A DNA stretch of 64,000 nucleotides from positions 768,001 through 832,000 of the forward strand of contig CAVXRD010000002.1 of the NCBI GenBank assembly GCA_963764165.1, in the 5' to 3' direction. The notes under the pieces were generated by a model. That model was not told the DNA's origin. It searched no databases and saw only the letters and a program-made list of their open reading frames with translations. Of this stretch, positions 27,653 through 37,470 are shown in pieces; position 1 is the first letter of the stretch, and every line of letters begins with the position of its first letter. Made by a program: the position numbers and the translations under genes. The DNA comes from an uncultured Verrucomicrobiae bacterium. Lineage in GTDB: Bacteria; Verrucomicrobiota; Verrucomicrobiia; Limisphaerales; Palsa-1400.

Positions 27653-28740
27653 TTTCGAGCAACACTTGCTTTGGCCGCCAGCCGTTCACGCACAGCCGCA
27701 GAGACTGCTTCAACTGAAATCGTCAGGATGCATTTGCCGTTGATTTGTTTGCACGGTTCCGCGCAAGTCTCGCATCGGCTCTTTGCCAGCAGCACAATAT
27801 TCTCATCCCCTCGTGGATACCACTGGCCTGGCGGGCTTTGGGCGGAGAACAGCGCGACACACGGCGTTCCGACGGCGGCGGCCAAGTGCATGGGGCCGCT
27901 GTCGTTTCCAATAAACAGCGCCGCGCGCCTCATGATGGCCGCGCTGACTCGCGGCGAAATCCTGCCGCACAGGTTGGCCACTGGCGCATTCCAGGATGAC
28001 GCGCATTTGTCAACAATACTCTTTTCGTCGTCCGATCCAACGGCCAGCAGCGCGAGGCTTGGAAATTGTTTCGTCACCCGAGCCAGCAGCCTCTCCCAAT
28101 TGGCCGCGCCCCAATCTTTCCCCGGCACTTTTGTCCCCATCCCGATGGCCAGAAACGGCTGCGTCAGGTCGAAATCTCGAATAAGCTCGCCCGCGCGGCG
28201 AATCTCTTCATCTGTCAAACACAAATCCCAATTTCGATCATTGCCGAGGTCGATTCTCCCGAATGAAGACAAACGCCGCGCCAGTCGGATGGATTCCGCC
28301 TCAAACAATCCGGGCGCGATCTCCGCAAGGGCAAGATCCTCTTTCCGAAATGGCACTCCGACGATGCGCTTGATTCCGCAGGAGCGAAAAAAAACATAAT
28401 CGCGCAGGCTGCTTCCAAATCCGCGCGCCGCCGCCAGATCCACCAGCACATCGAACCGTTGCGCTCGAATTTTTTTTCGAAGGGCGTTGATTTTCGAAAA
28501 CTCGCGCAGCTGAAGCGGATACTCCATTACGTCATCAAACAAGCCCGTATGTTCGAGAACGCTGGCTAACGGCGCGGCCTTGGCGGCAATGGGGACGTTG
28601 GTCAGCACCGTGATATTGGCCGCGGGAAACTTGCGGCGCACGGCGTGAAAGCACGGCAGGGCAACAATCGTGTCGCCCAGGCTGCCGAGCCGATAAATCA
28701 ACACCCGTCTAACCGATAACTCGCCGCCTGTGCTCATCAT
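27649..28740 (-). CDS. Glycosyltransferase family 9 (heptosyltransferase-like)
   Basis: RLGSLGD, GNDSGPMHLAAAVGTP; ATGA overlap at 28740. Confidence 0.9.
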   Translation of the reverse strand: MMSTGGELSVRRVLIYRLGSLGDTIVALPCFHAVRRKFPAANITVLTNVPIAAKAAPLASVLEHTGLFDDVMEYPLQLREFSKINALRKKIRAQRFDVLVDLAAARGFGSSLRDYVFFRSCGIKRIVGVPFRKEDLALAEIAPGLFEAESIRLARRLSSFGRIDLGNDRNWDLCLTDEEIRRAGELIRDFDLTQPFLAIGMGTKVPGKDWGAANWERLLARVTKQFPSLALLAVGSDDEKSIVDKCASSWNAPVANLCGRISPRVSAAIMRRAALFIGNDSGPMHLAAAVGTPCVALFSAQSPPGQWYPRGDENIVLLAKSRCETCAEPCKQINGKCILTISVEAVSAAVRERLAAKASVARK

Positions 28741-29891
28741 AATTTCGAAGCCAGCCCCTCCGCGGCGGCGCGGATCGAATAATCTTCCATCGCCTTGGCG
28801 CACCAATCGAAATCGCGCGGAAATTTGCTCAGAGTTTGAATCGCGTCGGCGCACGCTGCCGCGTCGTCCACCGGAATGACCCGGACGCGCTCCCATGTTC
28901 CGAATTCCACCGCGCAGCCGACCGCCTCGGACACAATGACAGCGCACCCCGCGTGCAGCGCTTCGTTGACCACCAAGCCCCACGTCTCTCCCGCATACCG
29001 CGATGGCAGCACAATCAGATCGGCGGCCAAATAGTAATCATTGATTCCGGATTGATTCACAAAACCCGGAAAATGCGCCTGCAAACAATGCCGCGCGCAA
29101 AGCTCCTTCAAACGCCCCTCAAGTTCTCCAGCTCCAACAAAAAGCAAATGGTTATTCGAACGCGCGGGTTCGGGCAATTTCGCAACAGCGTCAACGAGCA
29201 ATTCCGGATTCTTCTTGTCAATCAGTTTGCCAAAAAAGCCGATCACTTTCGCGTCGCTCGGAATCTTTAATGACGCTCGCAGTTTTAACCGGCGATCTTC
29301 CTTTTCGGAAGCTGCCATCTGTGGCAAGCCGCTCGGAACGCAATACGGCGAACGTGTAAGTTGTCCTGATTTGAATCCATGACTTAGCAAATGCTCCCGA
29401 TTTCGCGCGCCGATAAAAAACGCGTGCGACACCGGCCAATACAATGCCCGATACGCCATGTCGCGCGCGAGCGACTTTAATAACGGGCGTTTGGAAGCTT
29501 CATCCTGCGTTTCCATTCTTATCCAAATCGGCACGCGCAAGGTCAGCGCCGCGTGATAGGCGGCCATTGAGAACGCGTAATTAAACTGGCAAAGCAAAAC
29601 GGCCCGCGGCCTGCGCCTGCGAAGCAGCGAGAAAATTCCCTTTCCGTGGAGGCTGTTCCATGTCGTCAGCGGCTGGCCCCGCTCATTGTTCAGCACGGTA
29701 AACGGATAACCTTCGAGCAACGGCACATCCCATCTCATCGCTTTTTGGAATCCGCGATCCAAATGCCCGCGGACCGAGCAATCGCTCGCGTAGTAAACAT
29801 GAAACGAATCCGGCTTGATACGCTGCAGTTCGCGGTAGACCGGCGCGCGATATTGAACCGGATGCGTTTCAAAAATAAAAAGTGGGTTCAA
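28737..29891 (-). CDS. Glycosyltransferase family 4
   Basis: THPVQY, GKLIDKK, ETWGLVVNEAL. Confidence 0.9.
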   Translation of the reverse strand: MNPLFIFETHPVQYRAPVYRELQRIKPDSFHVYYASDCSVRGHLDRGFQKAMRWDVPLLEGYPFTVLNNERGQPLTTWNSLHGKGIFSLLRRRRPRAVLLCQFNYAFSMAAYHAALTLRVPIWIRMETQDEASKRPLLKSLARDMAYRALYWPVSHAFFIGARNREHLLSHGFKSGQLTRSPYCVPSGLPQMAASEKEDRRLKLRASLKIPSDAKVIGFFGKLIDKKNPELLVDAVAKLPEPARSNNHLLFVGAGELEGRLKELCARHCLQAHFPGFVNQSGINDYYLAADLIVLPSRYAGETWGLVVNEALHAGCAVIVSEAVGCAVEFGTWERVRVIPVDDAAACADAIQTLSKFPRDFDWCAKAMEDYSIRAAAEGLASKL

Positions 29892-29947
29892 GCGCGTGTT
29901 TTGGAAGAAAGCTCCGCATCGATGCGAATGTCATATAATCTCCAAAA

Positions 29948-30031
29948 ATCGATAACATCGGTTACATCGTTGATTATCAACGACATAATCGGTAACAAAA
30001 TCGGCTACATTGCGGTAACACATCGGTAACA
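29948..30031. repeat. Six degenerate TCGGTAACA repeats around a TCGTTGAT-T-ATCAACGA palindrome
   Basis: Directly visible, intergenic. Confidence 0.75.
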
Positions 30032-30057
30032 TTTTGGGGTTCGCGGCTTTTTCAAGC

Positions 30058-30939
30058 TTAAGCCAGCCCACGCGCCACAGCCAGAATGTCACCCGGCCAC
30101 CGTTCCTTGACGGCATCCAGCGGATTCTTTTTTAAATCAAAAAACTCATACCCTAGCGGGCCCAGCATGCCCATGAGCAGATCGACAGATTCTGGGTTCC
30201 GCTCAAATATGATAACGGGTTTGAATTTTGCCAACGTTTGCGCCCCTCCCTTGAGGACCAGGAATTCAGCGCCCTCAACATCCAGCTTGATAAAATCGAG
30301 GCGCTTGAAACCTGCCTGCGCGGCGAAGTTGTCCAGGGTGTCGGTGTCGACTTCAATCGGCGCGATGCCCACGCCGGCTTCATGCACCAAACTGCTGGCG
30401 CCCCAATTTGGATTGCCCTCAGAGGGCACGTGAAGCATCACCTTTCCAGTGCGATCCGAAAGCGCCATTTCCGCAATCGTCAGATTGTTGAGGCCGTTCA
30501 ATTTTGCATTTGCCCGCGCGCGTTTAGCCAGCCACGGGACAGGTTCAAAACCGCAGACCGCCGAGCAGCGTTGCGCGAGAAGGCACGCGAAGAATCCAAA
30601 GTTCATCCCGATATCCAGGGCGACCCAGCCGCTCCGCGCATGCTTTGTGACCCACTCGTAAATCTCAACATCCTGCGTCCCATAAAACCACGTCGTCCAC
30701 TCGGTAAACCACCGGGTGGAGAGATTAAACTTGGGGCCACCCCGCCATGGGTTTGAGACAGTTTCCATCCACGATTCCTGCCTCTGGTCAGGATGATGCA
30801 GCGCGCGAAGAAATCTGTCCACGCCGGGAGCGCCGCGAAGATGCGTGCCGACAAAACGCCCGAAAGAATGAACGAATCCAGGCTCGAAAATTTTGGGGCT
30901 TTTGGCGGCGGAATTCAATTGCGGCCGATCAAGTCTCAA
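30058..30939 (-). CDS. FkbM family methyltransferase
   Basis: LDIGMNFG, FEPVP, DFIKLDVEGAE. Confidence 0.92.
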   Translation of the reverse strand: MRLDRPQLNSAAKSPKIFEPGFVHSFGRFVGTHLRGAPGVDRFLRALHHPDQRQESWMETVSNPWRGGPKFNLSTRWFTEWTTWFYGTQDVEIYEWVTKHARSGWVALDIGMNFGFFACLLAQRCSAVCGFEPVPWLAKRARANAKLNGLNNLTIAEMALSDRTGKVMLHVPSEGNPNWGASSLVHEAGVGIAPIEVDTDTLDNFAAQAGFKRLDFIKLDVEGAEFLVLKGGAQTLAKFKPVIIFERNPESVDLLMGMLGPLGYEFFDLKKNPLDAVKERWPGDILAVARGLA

Positions 30940-32336
30940 TTCCGGTTTTTGAGGCCGTCTGGGTTTCGTGCCAACGCCTCATTCGTGTCCAGATGGGCCA
31001 GAACAAGCGTCGTGCCGACCGCGATCCAAAACCATACGGAGAGCGGCGGCTGCACTCCCAGTGTCCCAATGACTCCTTCCAGCACAACGTAGGCTGCCGC
31101 CAGACAGCCTGCCGTCACCAGTTGAGGATCGCGGAGCGACATCACGCGCTGCAAGGTGAAGCCAATGGCAAAAAAACGAAATCCCATCCAGACAAACACC
31201 AGATACCACCCGCCCTCGAAGAGCGTGTTCGGCAGATCCGCCTCCCCCCAAACGCCTTGGTTGCGCCATCCCGCCGCGTATGGGCTGACCAGCCCCGACC
31301 CGTTGCTCATCACGCCGAGTCCATAGCCGAAGGTGCTGGCAGGGGCCCCTTCCATCCCGGTCATCCAGTCGAAGAGCGCATAATTCATGCGCGATTTCAT
31401 TTCATTTTCCTGGCTGCGCTCGCCGACTCCCGAACTGCGGGCTTCATAGGCTTGGAACGCTTCCGGGAAATAATTCTTGACGACAAAAAACATGCCAGCC
31501 CCGACCGCAAGTGTGCCGAGGAACGAAGCGCTTGCCTTGCCGTTCCCTTTCACAATGAGCAGAACAACCGCAATCGCAAGAATGGCGCCGTTGCCCAGGA
31601 CGGCGGTGCGCGAACCCGTGACGAAGCTGCTAATCAGCCAGAGGCCGCACAAGCCCACGAACAAGTAGGAGCCGACCCCCTTCTCCTTCTTGCCGGCAAA
31701 ATGATATACACCGAGCATATACACCATGGCATTGAGGTACCAGGCGAATTGCGCGACGAATGGAAAAGTCGCCGATACCCTCAGCTTTCCCCCGGCCGAG
31801 AAGCCGCTGATGTCCGTTCCGCCCACCGAAAGGTTGACCCAGCTAGCCGACGGCAATTTGAGTTGAACCAGCGCCAGAACACCCACTGGAATCAACAGCC
31901 GCACCGGCAAATCAAAGAACTTCTTGAAAGTGTCCTTGTCCGATCTCCGGAACGCCTCCCAAAGCGCGAGCACTATGATCGGATAGAGGACATACTGCTT
32001 GAGGCCGAAAACAGCCAGAATCGGATCCTTGTCCAGTGTGAGGGCGAACGGCACCAGCATCAACGCAAAGAAGACGCCGTAGGCAGTTTGAAAAACCTGG
32101 GCCGGGCCGTCGAAACGATGGAACAGCAGCATCAATCCCAGAAGCAGCGCGATGACGTCTTTGCCAAAGAACAGAAACTTTCCAGAGGATTGCCCAAGCA
32201 ATTTGCGCAGCAGCCCCTCCAGTATGAGGAGGCCAACCAGAGCCCAAAGCAGCAAGCGAAGCCGCGAAATAAAAATCGCCGTTCGAGCGATATATTCCTT
32301 TGACTCGAACCTCCTTTTTGCGGCGGCTAATGGCAT
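30936..32336 (-). CDS. Polytopic membrane protein, putative Wzy-type polymerase
   Basis: About 10-12 TM segments, LILEGLLRK, TGSRTA, FGYGLG loop; located in a GT cluster. Confidence 0.65.
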   Translation of the reverse strand: MPLAAAKRRFESKEYIARTAIFISRLRLLLWALVGLLILEGLLRKLLGQSSGKFLFFGKDVIALLLGLMLLFHRFDGPAQVFQTAYGVFFALMLVPFALTLDKDPILAVFGLKQYVLYPIIVLALWEAFRRSDKDTFKKFFDLPVRLLIPVGVLALVQLKLPSASWVNLSVGGTDISGFSAGGKLRVSATFPFVAQFAWYLNAMVYMLGVYHFAGKKEKGVGSYLFVGLCGLWLISSFVTGSRTAVLGNGAILAIAVVLLIVKGNGKASASFLGTLAVGAGMFFVVKNYFPEAFQAYEARSSGVGERSQENEMKSRMNYALFDWMTGMEGAPASTFGYGLGVMSNGSGLVSPYAAGWRNQGVWGEADLPNTLFEGGWYLVFVWMGFRFFAIGFTLQRVMSLRDPQLVTAGCLAAAYVVLEGVIGTLGVQPPLSVWFWIAVGTTLVLAHLDTNEALARNPDGLKNRN

Positions 32337-32339
32337 AAC

Positions 32340-32713
32340 TCAAGTTACCGATTGGACAATACGCGCCCTCCGCGCGGTTGGGTGCGGCTCAAAAGCATGC
32401 ACAACGCCCTCGCGGCTGCACCGCGCCGCCAGCAGGCTGCTGAAGCATCCAATGTTGGCGCCCACATCGAGCACCCTGGCCCCGGGCCAACCAATCGCCA
32501 TGCCCATTCGCTCAAACCAATATCGAAAATGAGCTGATGGAATATCTCCCGGCCAATCGCTTCGGAGATTTCGACATTGATTTTCGCGCCCCACGGCAGA
32601 GCGACGGTGGCCGCCTTTGCTTGCGGGGGAAAAATCTGCGCCGCCAACCGGCGCACAGCCGTCGTTGGCGAAAAGACGCAGCATGGTTTTATGATGCCTC
32701 GAAGGGATTTCAC
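32340..32713 (-). pseudogene. FkbM methyltransferase pseudogene (frameshifted, truncated)
   Basis: N-terminal frame ...LVGPG shifts near 32480 to ARVLDVGANIG...HAFEPHP, then stops. Confidence 0.8.
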
Positions 32714-32716
32714 TTC

Positions 32717-33874
32717 TTAATTTTTGGCGGAGGCGATTTTACGCATCGCTTCCATCAGCAGTTTTCCGCACCGTTCCCAGCCATTGAGTTCGAGCGCGCG
32801 CGTCTTTGATGATTCGCTCATCCTTTGCCGAAGCGCGCGGTCATCGGAAAGTTGCTGAAGTTTCTCCGCGATAATGGCGTCGTCGCGAATGGGGACGATG
32901 AACCCTTCCCTCCCGTCCGCGAATAAATCCCGCGCGCCCGTATTTTCCGTTGCCACCAGAGGCAAGCCGTAGGCGAGGGCCTCGCCCAATACGAGGCTCA
33001 ATCCTTCTTCGATGCTTGGCTGAGCAAAAACCGTCGCGCTCTGATAAAGCCGTGCCAATTCCTCTCCGCGCGCCACGCCGTGAAACCGAACACCTTCGGG
33101 AATTGATAAATCATCGAACCCCGTATTTTCCGTTTTGGGGCCGACCAGCAGCAATTCCTTTTTCGGCGCTTTCAACCGGGCGAACGCCTGAATGAGATAC
33201 CGCAAACCCTTGCGAAGGTGAATGGTGCCAACGTAGAGCACTCTAAAGACATCATCCCTGGGAACGGGATTCGTCCCGCTCGCTGGCAGCGTGAATCCAT
33301 AGGGAACAACATGAATTTGATCCTCGGAAAATCCGCGTTCGAGAAACGACTTTTTCACAAATTGCGACGGGCACAAAACCGCATCCGCCCGCTCATATTC
33401 CTGAACGCGCCGCCGCACTTCGCGCTGGTGGAAACCGGGTGGGGGCGCTTTCAGCCGTTCCGATTCCTCCACCAGCAACGCCTGCTGGGTGAGCACATGC
33501 GAGTTGACAGCTTCAACCACGCAACGCACGCCGTTTTGCTTCACCCGCTTTTCCGTCGCCAGCCCCGCGCCGCTGTAAAACAAAAAAATGTCCGATTCCA
33601 ATGCAGGTTTGATCGAACACCGGTCAATCCAGATTTTGCTCAAATAGGCGAGTTCGTCTGTGACAGATTTCGGAGCGCCGCGCATCAGGCCCGCAAGGTA
33701 AACATTTTGCAAGTGATCGGCCCGCTGGAGCTTTCCATCGAACTTGGACGCATCAAAGCGCGGGCTAAAGCGAGAAACGCCGCTGACAAACTTGTGCAAA
33801 CATCCCGCTTTCTGCATCGCCTCCGCAAAGGCCGCATGATGTGAGCGGTTGGGTGAATTGTAGGTAATGCGCAT
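32717..33874 (-). CDS. Glycosyltransferase family 4
   Basis: YVGTIHLRKG, EEGLSLVLGEALA. Confidence 0.9.
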   Translation of the reverse strand: MRITYNSPNRSHHAAFAEAMQKAGCLHKFVSGVSRFSPRFDASKFDGKLQRADHLQNVYLAGLMRGAPKSVTDELAYLSKIWIDRCSIKPALESDIFLFYSGAGLATEKRVKQNGVRCVVEAVNSHVLTQQALLVEESERLKAPPPGFHQREVRRRVQEYERADAVLCPSQFVKKSFLERGFSEDQIHVVPYGFTLPASGTNPVPRDDVFRVLYVGTIHLRKGLRYLIQAFARLKAPKKELLLVGPKTENTGFDDLSIPEGVRFHGVARGEELARLYQSATVFAQPSIEEGLSLVLGEALAYGLPLVATENTGARDLFADGREGFIVPIRDDAIIAEKLQQLSDDRALRQRMSESSKTRALELNGWERCGKLLMEAMRKIASAKN

Positions 33875-33913
33875 GTCGCGCCGGGCCGGACGATGATCGA
33901 ACTTTCGCCAACG

Positions 33914-35026
33914 CTACGAGGCGTAATTCAAATCTATGTGTTCCAGATTTGGATTGAACCACAACACGGCCTCGCCAACCGTCGAGGTGCATTTCATGAA
34001 ATACTGGCAGCGCGAGAGCAATTGGGCTTCAAGCAAAACATCCTTTCCGAGGCGATAGCCGTTCAAGCTCCCTTTCTGGAATACATTTCGATTCGTCTTT
34101 GACCGGACCGAATTGCAATGCACGACTTTCGCCCCATATCTCATTTTGAATTCATCAAGAAACTGCTCCTGATCCGTGGCCACGAACACCTTCGCGCCGG
34201 AATGGGATTTCAGCATCGGATCGAGGCGCTTGAAGTAGTCTTCAGGGCCAATGATCTTCATCGCTTTGGGGTTCGCGACATTGGTTAATTTGTCGGTGCC
34301 CCGCAAATGCACTCCGACCACGTAAGCGCCCTTCATATGCCGGTCGTGGAAAATTTCGATCTCGTCCCGAAGGTGCTTCTTCAGCTTGATGTATTTGGTG
34401 ACAAGTTGATTGGCTTTGGCCCTTTGGGTCCGATACCACGCCGGATCGTACTCGGTCTTGTCAAAATAATATCCATAAGGGTAGGGGAATACGCTTTCAG
34501 GATCATCAAAGTGAAGATGCCTCAGCTCCTCGGGCGACAACTCAAACAGCATGTCACGCTTTACCGCCGAATTTGGATCTTTCAGCATCGCGTCAACATC
34601 GTCATAGGTCAGTCCCGCCACCGGCTCGAAATAATAGTCCCACATGTTGCGGCCAAAACGAGGATCGTAAAAGTCGTTCCTGCCCGGCCCCGACTTTTTG
34701 CCAAAATAAACCACGGGAAAATAATTGCGCCTCTCGCAGTAAGACAACTGATTCAAGGCAAATAGCACACACCCGAAGAAACCGATGTTGTAGCTCTGGA
34801 GCTTTAACAGCATCACTTTCTCGAATTGAGTGGGACGAAATTCCTCGATGCGCTTGCGCCGTGATTTGGCGCGCGCCCGGGCATCTTTCTTCACCCGGTA
34901 AACCTGCGCCATCGTCTGAGGTTTTAGTGTGTCTCCGACGAACGAAGCCACCGTCAGCAACTCGGCTTTGATTTTGCCAGCGGCGATGACGGCCGCAGGA
35001 AAGCGGCTCTTGAGAAATTGTTTCAC
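33914..35026 (-). CDS. NodZ/GT23-like fucosyltransferase
   Basis: GVHLRGTDK, VFVATD, LLEAQLLSRC...STV match GDP-fucose-binding motifs I-III. Confidence 0.8.
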   Translation of the reverse strand: MKQFLKSRFPAAVIAAGKIKAELLTVASFVGDTLKPQTMAQVYRVKKDARARAKSRRKRIEEFRPTQFEKVMLLKLQSYNIGFFGCVLFALNQLSYCERRNYFPVVYFGKKSGPGRNDFYDPRFGRNMWDYYFEPVAGLTYDDVDAMLKDPNSAVKRDMLFELSPEELRHLHFDDPESVFPYPYGYYFDKTEYDPAWYRTQRAKANQLVTKYIKLKKHLRDEIEIFHDRHMKGAYVVGVHLRGTDKLTNVANPKAMKIIGPEDYFKRLDPMLKSHSGAKVFVATDQEQFLDEFKMRYGAKVVHCNSVRSKTNRNVFQKGSLNGYRLGKDVLLEAQLLSRCQYFMKCTSTVGEAVLWFNPNLEHIDLNYAS

Positions 35027-35046
35027 TGGGATTGCCGATTCACTTT

Positions 35047-35163
35047 GAGCGCGGCTGTGCTCGAAGGAGCGAAGCGACGAAGAACCAGCGGCAGCGCGCT
35101 GGGATTAAACGGCGCGCCTCTCAGTTCCACGCGCTGCGGCTGGTCTTCGACACAGCCGCGCTC
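35047..35163. repeat. REPIN-like inverted repeat with an extra insert in the left arm
   Basis: GAGCGCGGCTGTG...ACCAGCGGCAGCGCG pairs with CGCGCTGCGGCTGGT...CACAGCCGCGCTC. Confidence 0.8.
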
Positions 35164-35226
35164 CGAATAACGGTCTCCATTCCTCACCCTCTTCCAATCA
35201 TACGCAGTCGTCTTGCGCCCGAAAAA

Positions 35227-36237
35227 TCAATAGCTGCGGCCCAACGGCTGCGCTATCTGCTTGTATTGAGCCAGAAATTTATCGCGCGCTTCGGTGTTGG
35301 AATCCTTGTCGCCCTGATAAAATCCGCCCCACATAAACTGGCCCTTTTTCACCGTGGCGTGCTCGTAAGTCCAATCGGTGAACTTGTAGACCTTGCTGCG
35401 AGGCAGGAAGACCTGCGCCGCGGCGGATTGGAAAATCAAATCGTTCCATCGGTATTTGAACCAGCCGCCGATGCGGTCGAAATGATTGACGAACGCCTGC
35501 ACATCGGGACGCCGCCAAAAACCGACGTTGGTGATGAAAAAATTGTTGTAATATCCCCAATACTCGTAATCGTAGTCGAGCCGGTAACGCTTTCCCTCCG
35601 GCTTCCACTTCATCAGCATTCGCTTGACACGATTTTTCATAAGGACCTTGAAACGGGCCGGGCGAATTTGCTCCTCGAAAAACCTTGATTGCAATTTTTC
35701 GGCAGTCATATAAGCGCGCACGGTTTCAACAAAGCCGCGCGCTGGATCATCGGCGTCGTAAATATCCACGCGGTAGCCGTATTCGTAGCCGTTCTTCTCC
35801 ATGAACTCGAACATGTTGTATTCAATCTTGCTGTGGATAAAGGAATCGTCGTCCATTCGGAAGAACCAATCGTAGCCAAGCGCGGGCATGATCTGCCAGA
35901 GCTGCACGGCGTAAAAACGGATCATGTTTCGGTGGCCCATGCCGAATTTGTTGCCCCATCCGTCAGACCAGATTTCCGGCACTTCCTCCTTGGGAAGAAA
36001 TGACGGGATCTCGAAATGAATTTCCTGAAACTTGATTTCTCTCCTGCCCTTGGCCACGGCTTGCTGGTCTTTCTCCTTAAAATCCCCCTCGTGAAAAATC
36101 AAGATGTCGTGCTTGAACTGGTTGTTGTAATTTCTGTAAAGCAGATCAAGGCTCCGGTCGAGAAGGGACCTGGAGTCGCGTCCGTATTGCAGGTCGGTTG
36201 GTGTGTTTTGCGCCAGATAGACGATGGCTGGTTTCAT
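35227..36237 (-). CDS. Kre2/Mnt1-like (GT15) alpha-1,2-mannosyltransferase family protein
   Basis: HRNMIRF, YDWFFRMDDD, FEFMEKNGYEYGY, YNNFFI, GGWFKYRWND are colinear with Kre2 motifs. Confidence 0.8.
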   Translation of the reverse strand: MKPAIVYLAQNTPTDLQYGRDSRSLLDRSLDLLYRNYNNQFKHDILIFHEGDFKEKDQQAVAKGRREIKFQEIHFEIPSFLPKEEVPEIWSDGWGNKFGMGHRNMIRFYAVQLWQIMPALGYDWFFRMDDDSFIHSKIEYNMFEFMEKNGYEYGYRVDIYDADDPARGFVETVRAYMTAEKLQSRFFEEQIRPARFKVLMKNRVKRMLMKWKPEGKRYRLDYDYEYWGYYNNFFITNVGFWRRPDVQAFVNHFDRIGGWFKYRWNDLIFQSAAAQVFLPRSKVYKFTDWTYEHATVKKGQFMWGGFYQGDKDSNTEARDKFLAQYKQIAQPLGRSY

Positions 36238-36297
36238 ATGGGGTTGGTGGATGTTGCTGGTGGAAGCCGCGTTTGGCGGCCATGTCGTTGACAAAAT

Positions 36298-37470
36298 TTA
36301 AGCAATGGCGCGGTGCTGAATGGTTTCCGTTTTACCTCGCATTGATTTCGTTCCCGGCAAAAAAGCTTCGGCAAATTTCTGGATGCCGTGTTTGGACAAA
36401 AATAAATCGACTTCATTCCAGTCCACTTTGGGACTCAAGGCTCGCTCGATCCGTTGCAAAAACTCAGCCGCATTTCTCCGCCGATGAATTTCCACCGCGC
36501 CGGACTTCAATAGCAGCGGATCAAACGCGCATGCGTCGGACGCGAGAATTTGGCGGCGGCAAATCATCGCTTCAAAAACCAGCCCACTGCTGCCGAGAAA
36601 AACTTCGTAAGGCAGCAGGATGATGCTGGCGCGTTTGAACAGCGTTTCCTTCGCCGCGTCGCTGATTCGCTCCAGCATCGGTTCTGCGATAATATGGGAT
36701 GGCAGCGCCGCGCAGAGATGCTTGACGCGCGCGGCGTTTTCACATTGCCCCGCGATAATGACGCGCAGGGGTTTCGGAAATTTCGCCAGCGCCTCCAGCG
36801 CCCAATATGTTCCCTTGCGCTCCGTATGGTATCCGAACAAAAGCACTGAAGGCGGATTTTGATCTGGCTTGGCCGGACCGGAATCAGGCACGAGCCATCG
36901 ATCGTACGGCTCGGGGCATTCCATCAACATTCGCCGCGCGCGGGGAAAAAGGCGGCAAAGGGGAAAGATCGTGTAAGCCGTTGGGCCGAGCACCATCAAC
37001 CCCTGCTCCGCAACATATCGGCGCGCGATGACCGCCCAAATCTGCCACTTGGCCCACGCTATATAATCATGGGCGGAACGGCGCTCATAAAGACAGGCGC
37101 GGGGAAAAAGGTTTCCGCGAATGACTCGCGAAAAAACATTTGGATAGCGCGCTTCAATCTTTCCAGAAAAGAATTCGCGCGCAAAACGTTCGATCTCCAT
37201 GAAGCAAATCGTTTTGATTTCTGGAAATTTTTGCAGCGCTTGATCGAGCCATCGCAAAACCAAATCGGCCTCTCCAGCTTCACCTTCAATGAGACACGTT
37301 TTTACATGGGACACGTCACCCGAATCCGCGGCGGCAAGTTCAAAGAGCTTCTCTGGCCCGAAAAACACAAATGGCCGCCCGGAAAGCATCAGCGCTTTCA
37401 GGTGCATCGGGACGCAGCCGATTGGCCAAAAGCCCGCCACGGCCGTGGAGTATGGAGCGTCGAGCAGCAT
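36298..37470 (-). CDS. GT-B fold glycosyltransferase (GT4-like)
   Basis: LLFGYHTERKG, LLPY...SSGLVFEAM. Confidence 0.75.
   Translation of the reverse strand: MLLDAPYSTAVAGFWPIGCVPMHLKALMLSGRPFVFFGPEKLFELAAADSGDVSHVKTCLIEGEAGEADLVLRWLDQALQKFPEIKTICFMEIERFAREFFSGKIEARYPNVFSRVIRGNLFPRACLYERRSAHDYIAWAKWQIWAVIARRYVAEQGLMVLGPTAYTIFPLCRLFPRARRMLMECPEPYDRWLVPDSGPAKPDQNPPSVLLFGYHTERKGTYWALEALAKFPKPLRVIIAGQCENAARVKHLCAALPSHIIAEPMLERISDAAKETLFKRASIILLPYEVFLGSSGLVFEAMICRRQILASDACAFDPLLLKSGAVEIHRRRNAAEFLQRIERALSPKVDWNEVDLFLSKHGIQKFAEAFLPGTKSMRGKTETIQHRAIA

Noticed and set aside
30747..32303. 518-aa plus-strand ORF
   Set aside because: Antisense shadow of the membrane protein gene, with no recognisable motifs.
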